A DNA stretch of 64,000 nucleotides from an uncultured delta proteobacterium (GCA_963804955.1 CAWDSQ010000016.1:125285-189284), one strand, 5' to 3'; counted from the stretch's first letter, positions 10,924-22,073 are shown. The notes: generated by a model from the sequence alone, not told the origin. Made by a program: numbers and translations.

Positions 10924-12252
10924 CTACTGTGGCATCGGAGTGCCTGATGGTGGGTCGGGGGGTTTCTTGTGCGTGCATGAGTCTGCATCGCCATCAAGGT
11001 TGAATAGTTTTCTCGCCGCCTCAACATAGAGGCTGCCGTCATGATTTTCCGACTGCTTTTTCAGCACAACCACGGGAGCATGCAGGAGCTTGTTAACGAT
11101 TGCCGCGGTCAGGCCCTCTATGGCATCGATGTGTTCAGGGGTGAGGCCCTTTGTTTTGGCAAGCATTTTTTCCATTTCAGCTGTTTTTATACGCTCGCCT
11201 TTTTCCCGAATCGCAACAATCGTCGGCACAACCTCAAGGGATTTCATCCAGGTTGCCGCCTCGGCAACCTCGGCCTCGACAACCGACTCGGCCTGTCGGG
11301 CCTGCAGCGTGCGCTCTTTCATGTTTTCCCGGACAATGGTGTTCAGGTCATCAACATCAAAAAGGAAAACATTGTCAATCTCATTGACGCCGGGGTCGAT
11401 GTTGCGGGGCACTGAAATATCGATCATGAACATGGGCCTGTTTTTACGCTCTTTTTCCAGCGCGGCAATGTCCCCGGGCTTAATGAGATAATGAGGCGCT
11501 CCGGTTGAGCAGATAACAATATCGGCGCGGTGGAGCTGGGAGAGAAAGCCTTCAAACGGTACGGCCGTTCCCCTGAATTCAGCGGCCAGGGCTTCGGCCT
11601 TCGCAAAATCCCGGGTGGTGATCAGCACCTCGCTGGCGCCGCTTCCCACCAGGTGCTTGAGGGCAAGCTCTGCCATTTCCCCGGCGCCGACGATAAAAAC
11701 TATCTTTTTTGCAAGCGAGCCGAAAATTTTTTCCGCAAGCTCGACGGCAACGGAACTTACGGAAACGCGCAGCTGGGAGATGGCCGTTTCGGTCCGTACT
11801 TTTTTCGCCACCGAAATCGCTTTTTTGTAAATGCTGTTCAGCACGACGGCCGTGGACTTTTGGGCAAGGGCCGCCTCGAAGGCGTCCTTGACCTGCCCCA
11901 GGATCTGAGCCTCGCCGACAACAAGGGAGTCGAGGCTTGAGGCGACCCGGAAGATGTGCTTGATGGCATCGGTGGCACAGTAGCGGTACAGGTGGGGAAG
12001 CAGCTGGCTTCTGTCGATGCCGAATTTCTCGACAAGAAAACCGACGATTTTTTCAAAGCCTTCTTCGGTGTCTTTTACTGCAGCGGCAATTTCAACGCGG
12101 TTGCAGGTCGAAAGGATGAGGGACTCATCAACCGTGGGCAGGTTCAAAAGGCTGCAGAGGGCCTCGGGCAGCTCTTCCGCTTTGAACGCCAGCTTTTCGC
12201 GAAGCGCAACATCTGCGGTCTTATGATTGAGCCCTACCAGAATTAAGTTCAT
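10924..12252 (-). CDS. hemA: Glutamyl-tRNA reductase
   Basis: GLNHKTA, LSTCNRVE, SLDSLVVGEAQILGQVK, GAGEMA, DISVPRNI. Confidence 0.97.
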   Translation of the reverse strand: MNLILVGLNHKTADVALREKLAFKAEELPEALCSLLNLPTVDESLILSTCNRVEIAAAVKDTEEGFEKIVGFLVEKFGIDRSQLLPHLYRYCATDAIKHIFRVASSLDSLVVGEAQILGQVKDAFEAALAQKSTAVVLNSIYKKAISVAKKVRTETAISQLRVSVSSVAVELAEKIFGSLAKKIVFIVGAGEMAELALKHLVGSGASEVLITTRDFAKAEALAAEFRGTAVPFEGFLSQLHRADIVICSTGAPHYLIKPGDIAALEKERKNRPMFMIDISVPRNIDPGVNEIDNVFLFDVDDLNTIVRENMKERTLQARQAESVVEAEVAEAATWMKSLEVVPTIVAIREKGERIKTAEMEKMLAKTKGLTPEHIDAIEGLTAAIVNKLLHAPVVVLKKQSENHDGSLYVEAARKLFNLDGDADSCTHKKPPDPPSGTPMPQ

Positions 12253-12288
12253 ACAGGAAGTTTCATGCCGTGTAAAACACGTTCGGGT

Positions 12289-13107
12289 TTAAAAAAATGC
12301 ATGCCATTCATTTTGCGAAAAATACGTCGTTGCCGCAAATGCGGCCATGACAAGCACAAAGCCAAGGACCGACAGGAAAGCCCCCTTTTTCGCCCGCCAG
12401 CCCAAACTGTATCTGCCGTGAAAAATCACGAGATAGAAAACCCATGAAAGCATGGCAAACAGCATTTTTGTATCGGTAATCGAGATGCTGCCGAATGCTG
12501 TTTTTGCCCAGAAAAAACCCGCCATAATGCCTATGGTCAAAAGAAAAAAACCGATGGACAGTACTTTTATGCTGATATCATCAAGCATATTCAGGGGCGG
12601 CAGCTTGTAGAAGAAGTTGGTAAGCCGCTTTTGTTTCAGAAGCCTGTCCTGAATAAGGTACATGATGCCCACAGAAAAAGAGATGCCGAAAAAAACAAAG
12701 CCCGTGACCGAAAAAATGGTATGGATTAAAAACCAGTTGCTGTGCAGCAGGGGATCAAAGGGGGTTATACTCTTGGGCAGCAGCAGGGCGCCGCACAGGC
12801 TGGCAACAGCAACAGGAAGAATAAAAGCTCCCAGGGCATATATTTTATACCAGCGCCCTAAAACCAGAGAGATAATCACCAGGGCCCAGCTGAAAAATGC
12901 TATTGATTCATATACCTTGCTGAACGGGAAATAGCCGCTCTCGATCATGCGGGAGCACAGGGACAGCGTATGCAGTATCAGGCCGATACAGCACAGAGCA
13001 ACTGAGCTGAAGGCCAGTTTTTCTGTTTTATTGTATACATAGAACCAGCAGGAAATGGTCCCGAAAAAATAAAGCAGGAGAGCTGCGTACATGAATGAAA
13101 TGTTCAT
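12289..13107 (-). CDS. ccsA: Cytochrome c assembly family membrane protein (CcsA/HemX-like)
   Basis: About 8 TM helices, WFLIHT, YLIQDRLLK, LPPLNMLD, GWRAKK; directly upstream of hemA. Confidence 0.8.
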   Translation of the reverse strand: MNISFMYAALLLYFFGTISCWFYVYNKTEKLAFSSVALCCIGLILHTLSLCSRMIESGYFPFSKVYESIAFFSWALVIISLVLGRWYKIYALGAFILPVAVASLCGALLLPKSITPFDPLLHSNWFLIHTIFSVTGFVFFGISFSVGIMYLIQDRLLKQKRLTNFFYKLPPLNMLDDISIKVLSIGFFLLTIGIMAGFFWAKTAFGSISITDTKMLFAMLSWVFYLVIFHGRYSLGWRAKKGAFLSVLGFVLVMAAFAATTYFSQNEWHAFF

Positions 13108-13272
13108 AGTTCGTGCCCGTGCGAGTTTTTTATGTGGCTGAGGGGAACAATGAATATATCGAATTGTTCATACTATCATTTTAATTGACAGGCAACAATT
13201 AGAAATATAAATTGCTGTTCTTTGTTGTCTTTTTCAAACACGCTCACTATGGCTGCTCCAGGGGACAACTCC

Positions 13273-14175
13273 ATGAAAATAAGAATCGGCACCAGAGGCA
13301 GCGACCTGGCACTGTGGCAGGCTGACTATGTTTCAGAGCTGATCGGCAGGCAGCAGACCGAAATAATTATCATCAAGACGCAGGGCGACATAATTCAGAA
13401 TGTCTCCTTTGAAAAAATGGAGGGCAAGGGATTTTTCACCAAGGAAATTGAAAATGCCCTGCTTGAAAAAAGCATTGATGTTGCCGTTCACTCCCTCAAA
13501 GACCTCCCGACCGACAGCCTTCCCGAGCTGTGCATTGCGGCAATCCCCGTGCGGGAAGAGCCGTCGGATGTTTTGCTTATCCGGCCCGAAGCGCTTGATA
13601 CAGCCCGTATCCTGCATCTGCGTGAGCATGCCATTGTGGGCACCAGCTCTGTACGCAGGCTCGCTCAGCTCAAGCATGCTGATCCGACACTGGAGGTACA
13701 GCCCCTGCGGGGCAATGTAAATACCCGCCTGCGCAAGCTGCGCGAAGGCCGCTATGATGCAATTATGCTGGCCCAGGCCGGCATTGCGCGCCTGAAGCTT
13801 GATATATCATCGTTGCACAGGTATATACTCCCCTTTGACATCTTTCTGCCGGCTCCCGCCCAGGGAGCGCTCGGGCTCCAGGTACGAACAGATGATGAGC
13901 AGACCCGCAGCGTGATACGGAAGCTAAACCACGAGGACACAGAGCTGGCGGTAACAGCGGAGCGGGAGTTTTTAAAGCATTTTGGCGGCGGCTGCCATAT
14001 CCCCCTGGGGGCTCTTGCGACCATTGAGGCGGGCAGCATTCATCTGACCGGAGTTATTGCCGCCACAGACGGATCAAAAACCATGCGGCAGTCCGTTTCC
14101 GGCACTGACCCCGGACAGATCGGGGCTGAGCTTGCCCGCATACTAAAAGAACAGGGAGCTGCGGAGCTTGTATGA
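13273..14175 (+). CDS. hemC: Hydroxymethylbilane synthase
   Basis: IGTRGSDLALWQA, GKGFFTKEIE, AVHSLKD, GTSSVRR, RGNVNTRL, PAPAQGALG. Confidence 0.97.
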   Translation: MKIRIGTRGSDLALWQADYVSELIGRQQTEIIIIKTQGDIIQNVSFEKMEGKGFFTKEIENALLEKSIDVAVHSLKDLPTDSLPELCIAAIPVREEPSDVLLIRPEALDTARILHLREHAIVGTSSVRRLAQLKHADPTLEVQPLRGNVNTRLRKLREGRYDAIMLAQAGIARLKLDISSLHRYILPFDIFLPAPAQGALGLQVRTDDEQTRSVIRKLNHEDTELAVTAEREFLKHFGGGCHIPLGALATIEAGSIHLTGVIAATDGSKTMRQSVSGTDPGQIGAELARILKEQGAAELV

Positions 14176-15674
14176 AAAAAGGTTTTGTGTATCTGGCCGG
14201 CGCCGGCCCGGGCGACCCTGAGCTGATAACGGTAAAGGCGCTCAATGCCCTTGCTCAGGCCGATTGTATTATCTATGATTTTCTCGCCAACCCCGCCCTT
14301 GTTGAGGGATATGCCTGCGAAAAGATCTATGTCGGGAAAAAGGGTGGCGATCACACCCTGCCGCAGGAGGGGATCAATGAGCTTATCATTCAGAAAGCCC
14401 GGGAAGGCAAGACCGTGGTGCGCCTCAAGGGCGGCGACCCTTTTATTTTCGGCCGCGGCGGCGAAGAGGCTGAAGACCTTGCTGCGTCTGGCATCCCCTT
14501 TGCAATAATTCCGGGCATATCTTCATTTTACGGAGCGCCTGCCTATGCAGGCATACCGGTGACGCATCGCGATTTTGCCCATGCCATGGAAATTATTACC
14601 GGGCACCGGCGTGAGGATGCGGCCGAAGGAGAGGATGTAAATTTTCCGGAATATGACAGCGACCGGACTTTTGTTTTTCTCATGGGTGTTAAAAACCTGC
14701 CCCATATTACCGACTCTCTGATCAATAAAAAACATTTCCCGCAGGAAACGCCCGTTGCTCTCATCTCCTGGGGCACCAGGCCCGAGCAGCGTGTTGTGAC
14801 CGGCACACTGCAGGACATTGTCGCCAAAAGGTGAAAAGGAAAAGATCAAGCCTCCTTCCATTATTATTGTCGGCGGCGTTGTCACGCTGCGGGAAAAGCT
14901 TCGCTGGTTTGACAATCAGCCTCTGTTCGGAAAAAAAATTGTCGTTACCCGGACGCGCAAGCAGTCTTCAAAACTTTCGCAGCAGTTGAGCAGGCTTGGT
15001 GCTGCTGTTATCGAATTTCCCACAATAGAGATACGGCCGCAGCAGGACCTCAGCCGGGCTTGAGACAGCTATCAGGAACCTGCGGGAGTTTCGCGTGGCT
15101 GTTTTTCACCTCGCAGAATGCGGTGGGCATCTTTTTTGACAAGCTCTTCAGCCTGGGCCTTGATGTGCGCGCTCTGGGCTCTGTAAAGATTGCCGCCATA
15201 GGACCTGCAACGGGAGATGAACTCATCAAATACGGATTGAAGCCTGATCTTGTTCCCAAAGAATTTGTTGCCGAGAGCCTGCTTGAGGAAGCCCGCAGCC
15301 TGAAGCTTGCCGGCAGCAAAGTGCTGCTGCCCTGCGCCCGGGAAGCCCGCTCCGTGCTTGCCGAGGGCCTTCAGAAGCTTGGCGCCACGGTTGAGCGCAT
15401 TCATATGTATGAGACAGTCAAGCCGGAGAACATAGGGCCTGAAACCATTGCCCACGTGCAGGAGGCTGACCTCATTACCTTTACCAGCTCATCAACGGCA
15501 CGGAATTTCTTCTCCCTCGTGCCTTCGGTGAAGGCAGAGCTTGCCTCCATCGGCCCGGTCACCTCGCAAACCATCCGAGAGCTGGGCCACAGCCTGACCA
15601 TTGAGGCTTCTGAATACACGATTGACGGGCTGGTGCAGGCAATCATGGAACATTACGCCAATAGGCGGGGATAA
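14172..15674 (+). CDS. cobA/hemD: Fused uroporphyrinogen-III C-methyltransferase / uroporphyrinogen-III synthase (frameshifted)
   Basis: GAGPGDPELIT, RLKGGDPFIFGRGGEE; then PLFGKKIVVTR, FTSQNAV, FTSSST, SIGPVT. Confidence 0.92.
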
Positions 15675-15676
15675 GT

Positions 15677-15840
15677 CGTCACCCCGGTGAAAACCGGGGG
15701 CCAGATGTAGGGGCAGATCAGCGTGTCTGTCCGGCACAAGGGCGCACACACAAATGCGCCCCTACATGAAAATCCCGGATACCGGCTTGTCGCCGGTATG
15801 ACGATAAAACGACATTGTTAGACTTTTTACGGGACCATCA
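15677..15840. repeat. Nested REP/MITE-like palindromic elements
   Basis: Outer CGTCACCCCGGTGAAAACCGGGG..GGATACCGGC..GCCGGTATGACG; inner TGTAGGGGC..GCCCCTACA doublet (15706-15766); GACTTTTTACGGGACCATCA end at 15821-15840. Confidence 0.7.
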
Positions 15841-15875
15841 TACCGTTGCCTTAATAACCGCTCCGGAGAAATTTC

Positions 15876-16848
15876 ATGGACTTAATTAAAAGACCGCGGC
15901 GCCTGCGCAGCGCACCCTGCATACGCAACCTCTCTGCTGAAACCATTGTCAGTTCGGAGAAGTTGATCATGCCCTACTTTGTCTGCGAGGGGTCAGGGAT
16001 CAGGGTGCCCATTGAATCCATGCCGGGCATCGACCGGGTATCGGTTGACAATCTGCTGGCTGATCTTGAAAAAGATTCCGCCCTTGGCATAGCAGCAATC
16101 ATTCTCTTTGGCATTCCCGACACAAAAGATGAAAAAGGCTCCGGGGCCTATGCCGATAGACGGCATTGTGCAAAAAGCCGTCCGCGCAATTAAAAAAAAG
16201 TTCCCCGACCTGTATGTCATAACCGATGTCTGCCTGTGCGAATTTACCAGCCACGGCCACTGCGGCATGGTTGACAAAGGAAAAATTTTAAATGACCCTA
16301 GCCTTGAGCTGCTGGCAAAGACCGCTGTGTCGCATGCCGCAGCCGGGGCTGATATGGTGGCGCCGTCAGACATGATGGATGGCCGCGTGGCAGCCATCAG
16401 GCAGGGCCTTGACAGCAATGGCTTTTCAGATATTCCCATACTGGCCTATGCGGCAAAATATGCGTCCGCCTTTTACGGCCCCTTTCGCGATGCCGCGGGC
16501 AGCGCGCCCCAGTTCGGCGACCGGCGCAGCTATCAGATGGATTTTCGCAATGCCGCTGAGGCGGAGCGCGAAGTGCTGCTTGATATCGAAGAGGGCGCGG
16601 ATATCGTCATGGTCAAGCCGGCCCTTTCTTATCTTGATATCATTCATCGGATTAAAAACATCGTGAAAGTTCCCGTCTGCGCCTATAATGTGAGCGGCGA
16701 ATATGCCATGGTCAAAGCAGCCGGCCGCTTCGGGTTCGGCGATGAGCAGCGCCTGACCACCGAGATTCTGACCTCAATCTTCCGCGCCGGCGCCGACATG
16801 ATTATTTCGTATCACACCCGCGATGTTTTGAAGAACAAGTGGTTTTAA
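15876..16848 (+). CDS. hemB: Porphobilinogen synthase (one frameshift)
   Basis: [55 protein letters not shown]. Confidence 0.96.
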
Positions 16849-16865
16849 CTGCCGGAGCGCATTGC

Positions 16866-18156
16866 ATGAACACAGAAAAATCAGCGGCCCTTTTCAGCGA
16901 GGCCTTACAGTATCTGCCCGGCGGCGTCGACTCTCCGGTGCGGGCTTTCCGCTCCGTGGGGGGAACCCCGCTTTTTATGAAAACAGGGCGCGGGCTCGCG
17001 TATTATTGATGAGGATGACAATGAGTATATCGATTACTGCATGTCCTGGGGCCCCCTGATTCTCGGGCATGCCGACGCTGATGTACTCCGCGCCATTCAG
17101 GAAACCGCCGCGAGCGGCACAAGCTTTGGAACGCCTCACCGCTTTGAGGTGGAAATGGCAAAGCTGGTGACAGGCGCGTACCCATCAATTGAAAAGGTGC
17201 GGTTTGTCAATTCCGGCACGGAAGCTGTCATGAGCGCTGTGCGCCTTGCGCGGGGCTTTACGGGCCGGGATAAAATCATTAAATGCGACGGCTGCTATCA
17301 CGGCCATGCCGATTTTATGCTTGTTGCCTCGGGCTCGGGCCTTGCAACCTTCGGAACCCCGGACTCAGCCGGCGTTACCCCCGGCAATGCGCAGGACACC
17401 CTGGTCGTGCCTTACAATGATCCTGAGCAGCTGGAAGCCTGCCTGAAAAAAAATGAGGGCTCTGTTGCCGCCGTCATTATGGAGCCTGTTCCCTGCAACT
17501 ATGCCCTGCTGCTGCCGGGTGATGATTATTTGAAGACCGTGCGCGGCCTCTGCGACCGCTACGGCGTGCTGCTCATCTTTGATGAAGTGATCAACGGCTT
17601 CCGCCTGGCATGGGGCGGCGCGCAGGAGTATTACGGCGTCAGGGCCGATCTGACAACGCTTGGCAAGATTATCGGCGGCGGGCTGCCGGTGGGCGCCTAT
17701 GGCGGCCGCAGGGACATTATGAGCAAAATTGCGCCCGATGGGCCGGTGTATCAGGCGGGCACCCTGTCGGGCAACCCCCTTGCCATGGCTGCGGGTATTG
17801 CAACCCTGAAAAAACTTGCGGGAACAAAAGCCTATGCAGCATTGCGGGAAAAGGCGGAGCTCCTGCGCCACAAGCTGCAGCCTGTGCTGCAGCAGTATGC
17901 AGGAAGGGTTCTTGTCCAGCAGCTTGAATCAATATTCTGTTTCTATTTCACCGATGCCGAAAAAATCAAAACCCTTGATGCAGTAAAAAAATGCGACATG
18001 CAGCTTTTTGCGCGCTATCACCGGGAGATGCTGAACCGGGGAATCTATCTTGCCCCCTCAGGCTATGAAGTCGGCTTTCTTTCCCTTGCTCATACGGAGG
18101 CCGATCTTGACCGCACGGTTGCAGCGGTCGGGGCATCGCTGAAGGCAATTCTATAA
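16866..18156 (+). CDS. hemL: Glutamate-1-semialdehyde 2,1-aminomutase (one frameshift near the N-terminus)
   Basis: [61 protein letters not shown]. Confidence 0.96.
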
Positions 18157-18191
18157 ACACTACTCGACTCTCTTGAAGAAATGCTGCTGAA

Positions 18192-18344
18192 ATGAAAATG
18201 CCGAACATACCCCGCCTGATATTCTGGGAGCTCACCAAGCGCTGCAATCTGGCTTGCGCGCACTGCCGGGCGCAGTACGTTGCAGGCGATTATCTGGCGG
18301 AGGAGCCCTCCTGCGTCTATCAGCCGAAAAGGACTGCCCTGTGA
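18192..18344 (+). pseudogene. ahbD: Internally deleted AhbD-like radical SAM gene (50-aa in-frame remnant)
   Basis: MKMPNIPRLIFWELTKRCNLACAHCRA joined directly to QYVAGDYLAEEPSCVYQP; stop overlaps the GTG of the next gene; absent from the ORF track. Confidence 0.8.
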
Positions 18345-19372
18345 CGGAGTTCAGCAAAAACGAAGCAGCGGTGCTCAACTACATACAGCGCTCAATCCCC
18401 CTGGTCGAACGCCCTTTTCAAAAAATAGGAGCTGATACCGGTCTGTCAGAGGAAGCGGTGCTTGAAATTATCTTCCGCCTGAAACAGCAGGGGATAATCA
18501 GAAATATCGCCGCTATTTTTAATGGCGAAAGCCTCGGGTATCAGCTGAGCCTTATTGCCTGTGAAGTGCCGGAAGCATCCCTTGAAAAAGCGACCGCCGC
18601 CATTAATGCCCATCCGGGCATAAGCCATAACTATCTGCGGGGGCATCGCTACAATATCTGGTTTACCCTTGCCCTTGAAAAATCTCTTCCTTTTGACGAT
18701 GCGGTGCGGCATATCGCGCACAGGGCAGGCGCCAGGGATTTTTTAATTCTTCGCAATGAAAAGCTGCTGAAAATCGGCTTAAAGCTCCCTATCGGAGATG
18801 ACTGTCATGAAGCAGAAGAGGCGGCTTCGGGCCTTGCCCCCCAGCGGGCTGAGGCTCGCGCCTTTACCGAAGAAGAACGCATGGCTGTACTCCTTCTGCA
18901 GACCGATCTGCCCATTGTTGCGCGGCCGTTTCTTGAGATGGTGAACAGCACCGGACAGCAGCTCTCAGAGGCGCGGCTCATTGAGCTTGCCTGCCTGTTT
19001 GAGAAGCAGTCTGTCATGCGCCGCTTTGCCGCTGTGCTGCGGCATATGCAGGCAGGGTTTAATCACAATGCCATGACCGCATGGAAGCCAAAAGCAGACA
19101 TACCTATCGAAGAGCAGGTCAAGCCCTTTCTTGACGCCATGGCGGTAACCCATCTGTACCTGCGCACTGTGTATCCGGGCCGATGGGAGCATCCCCTGTT
19201 TGCCATGGTGCATGCGCGCACAGAAGCTGAGCTGGACGAGCTTATAAAAAATTTATCGGCAGCCTCCGGGCTGACTGACTTTCTGGTGCTGAAAAGTCTT
19301 AAGGAATTAAAAAAACAAAGGGTCTTGTATTTTTCACCCGATTTCATGGAATGGGAGCGGCGCAACCAATGA
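18341..19372 (+). CDS. ahbAB: Fused siroheme decarboxylase AhbA-AhbB (NirDL/GH-like)
   Basis: QRSIPLVERPF, HPGISHNYLRGHRYNIWFT; QTDLPIVARPF, RRFAAVLRH..GF..NAM, VTHLYLR..W..LFAMVH. Confidence 0.9.
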   Translation: MTEFSKNEAAVLNYIQRSIPLVERPFQKIGADTGLSEEAVLEIIFRLKQQGIIRNIAAIFNGESLGYQLSLIACEVPEASLEKATAAINAHPGISHNYLRGHRYNIWFTLALEKSLPFDDAVRHIAHRAGARDFLILRNEKLLKIGLKLPIGDDCHEAEEAASGLAPQRAEARAFTEEERMAVLLLQTDLPIVARPFLEMVNSTGQQLSEARLIELACLFEKQSVMRRFAAVLRHMQAGFNHNAMTAWKPKADIPIEEQVKPFLDAMAVTHLYLRTVYPGRWEHPLFAMVHARTEAELDELIKNLSAASGLTDFLVLKSLKELKKQRVLYFSPDFMEWERRNQ

Positions 19373-19758
19373 TTGATATAGGAAAAATATACTGCGGGAG
19401 AAGCTCAACCGGTGTGGGAATCGGCAATATGCACCCCGACCAGTTCTGGCAGGACTACGCGTTCGGAAATATCCGCGAGCGCCGCTGTGGCGATATCTGG
19501 CTTGATGAAAGCGAACAGCTCATGCACGGCCTGAAGCACAAGGCCGACTATATCAAGGGCCGGTGCCGCCACTGCCAGTACCGCGCCATGTGCACGGGCT
19601 CCATGCGGGTGCGGGGATACCGCACCTATGGAGATTTCTGGGCGCCTGAACCCCAGTGCTATATAACAGATGAGAGAATAGGTCTTGGTGCGGCAAAAAA
19701 GCTGGACCTTATTGAAAACAACGAGGCATTACCCATGCCAAAGGAGCTTATGGCCTGA
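19369..19758 (+). pseudogene. ahbC: Internally deleted AhbC-like radical SAM gene (129 aa, SPASM tail only)
   Basis: MIDIGKIYCG N-terminus fused in frame to GNMHPDQFWQDY..GNIRER..IW..KGRCRHC..C.GSMRVR..GDFWAPEPQCY; no CxxxCxxC motif. Confidence 0.8.
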
Positions 19759-20426
19759 TGCAGCTCTATCCCGTCATGATAAATCTTGAAAACAAACAGG
19801 TCGTCATTATCGGCGGCGGCGATGTGGCCCTGCGCAAAGCCAGCGATCTGCTTGAAGCCGGCGCCCGGGTGCTCGTCATTGCACCCGATGTGCATCAGGA
19901 TTTTAAACCACTTGCCGGCTCTTCTGGCGCAAGCCTTGAAATTTTTCAGCGGCCCTATCAGCCGGGGGACCTTGCCGGTGCGGCCCTTGTTTTTGCAGCA
20001 ACCAGTACTGCAGAAGTCAACAAAGCTGTGTTCAAAGAGGCTCAGGAACGGAATATTTTTATTAATGCTGTCGATGACCCGCCCAACTGTTCGTTTTTTA
20101 TTCCCTCTTTTATAAAAAAGGGCGACCTGATTCTGGCGCTGTCAACCAGCGGAAAATCGCCAGCCCTGGCTGCCCGGCTCAGAAGAGAAATCGAGAAACA
20201 TATCCCTGAGGACATTGAGCAGACGCTCACCGCTTTGAGTGAAATTCGCCACATTTTCAAGTCACATAAAAATTTTACCGAAATCAGCTCTTCGGACAGG
20301 GGCAGAATTCTCAAGCTCATTGCAAACAGCGACACCCTGCTGCAGGAAGCGGTTGCTGCTTCAGCCTCCGGCCGCCTCTACCAGTTCCTGCTGCGTCTTT
20401 TGAAAATCCCGCCCGCAGATGCGTAA
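19758..20426 (+). CDS. cysG: Precorrin-2 dehydrogenase / sirohydrochlorin ferrochelatase (CysG N-terminal / SirC type)
   Basis: LYPVMINL, IIGGGDVALRK, INAVDDPPNCSF, STSGKSPALA. Confidence 0.9.
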   Translation: MQLYPVMINLENKQVVIIGGGDVALRKASDLLEAGARVLVIAPDVHQDFKPLAGSSGASLEIFQRPYQPGDLAGAALVFAATSTAEVNKAVFKEAQERNIFINAVDDPPNCSFFIPSFIKKGDLILALSTSGKSPALAARLRREIEKHIPEDIEQTLTALSEIRHIFKSHKNFTEISSSDRGRILKLIANSDTLLQEAVAASASGRLYQFLLRLLKIPPADA

Positions 20427-20572
20427 TCTTTTTTTCTCTCATAAATGAAAAGGGGCGGGGGGCGTATTTCCCCAGGCCTTTCACGCCACGGCCGGCATGA
20501 AATGAAACGGGCGGCTGTGTGAAGTACCCACACGCCGCCCGTTAAACAAAAATGCAATACGCTGTCGTTTTT

Positions 20573-20757
20573 TAGAGCATTTTTCAAAATAGTATAGCCC
20601 TCTGCGCACAGGTGAGCTTTTGGTGAAGGCAGCCCGTGCGGTTCGAGCGATAGCTTTTCCATCATTGCCGGTTGCTCGTGCGAGAATAGAGCACGGGCAA
20701 ACGAATCAAAAGCTCATCACCTGTGCGCATGGTTACAACAAAAAGAAAAATGCTCTA
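20573..20757. mobile_element. MITE with 13-bp terminal inverted repeats, overlapping the porin stop codon
   Basis: TAGAGCATTTTTC..GAAAAATGCTCTA with internal long palindrome TGCGCACAGGTGA..TCACCTGTGCGCA. Confidence 0.75.
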
Positions 20758-22048
20758 GAACTTGAAATTCAGGTCAAGCTGCAGCTTTTTTTCATCAAGC
20801 GACTCTCCGCTGATACGTTCATGGTCAAAATAGGCCACGGCAAAATCGATATTCTCGAACAGCCCATAGGTAAATGCGGCCTTATAGCCCTTGATATTTG
20901 TTTCGCCGTCATAATTGTCGGCATCCGTCAGGGCATCAACCCAGGCATCGCGCTCGAGCTTCATATACCGCGTCATGAACTGCCAGTCATGGCGCTTTTT
21001 GACTTTATCCGAACCTACCCGGAAACCTGCGGCATAACCCGTGTCGCCCTGGCCCGCCGAGGTATTCTTCACGGCTTCGCCGAACAGCGCGACAAACGGC
21101 ATGCGGGCATACGGCGTCTTCCACCCCAGCTCGCCGGTAAAGGCCAGCGCATCGTAATCATATTTCAATGTGTTCTCGAACTTACGCAGGGTATTTGACT
21201 TGCTGGTGTAGTCAAGCGTGGTAGTTTTTCACATTGTCGAACTGATAGTAGGTAATGGCATTTTTGAAATACACATATTTGCCAAGCTTGATCTTGGTGC
21301 CGGGCTGCACCACGTACATGGTCGGGTCATTTTCATCATCCTTGCGCTCGTCAACCACCCAGTAGCCCGTTGTGGCGAATACGTCCAGCCAGTCATAGAC
21401 CGGGTGGTTAAACACTACCGATGCGCCTTCGGGACGGATATCGCTGTCCCACAGCATATCGGTGGTGACAAACAGGGGGTTTTCAAACTTGCCGCCCACA
21501 AGGGACATCCAGCTGTAGGGCTTGTAGCGGGCATAGGCATAGTCAAGGCGCAAATCACCGCGCTCAAATGTATTGTTCATGTCTTCATTGGTCGAGCGGG
21601 GATTGGAATCACCGCTGGCAACGCCGAAGCCCACGTCGACCTTATCGTTGAGCTGGGTAACAACGCCCAGGCGCAGGCGGTAGCGGCCCTGGTTGCGCTC
21701 TGCTTTTTCATCGCGGTCTGTGTGTTGATAGCGGAGGCGCAAATCGCCCTTGAGCTGCATTTTGCGAATCCACTGGGGCAGCGCTTCAGCAAAAACCTTC
21801 GGGTCCTTCTTGATATCCTCGCGCACCGCTTCTTTGGTGCTGCGAATAAGCTCCTGCCGCTCCGCGTCTTTCTCCTGTGCCGCCTCCTCTTTGACATCTT
21901 TGATAATTTCGGCGGCATCCTGTTTGGTGAGAATGCCCTTCTTCACCAGCTTCTCAACCAGGATGTCGACCTCGCCGGCTTGCGCCGAAGCGAGAAAAAG
22001 GCCGGCGGTAAAAAGACAGCCTGCAAGTAGTACGAGTAACCGTTTCAT
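20755..22048 (-). CDS. Putative outer-membrane porin (one frameshift)
   Basis: Signal peptide, LVEKLVKKGILT, LKGDLRLRY..RYRLRLG, PRSTN, WDSDIRPEG, C-terminal QLDLNFKF. Confidence 0.85.
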
Positions 22049-22073
22049 AGACGCTCCTTTCCGGTACGGCAGG

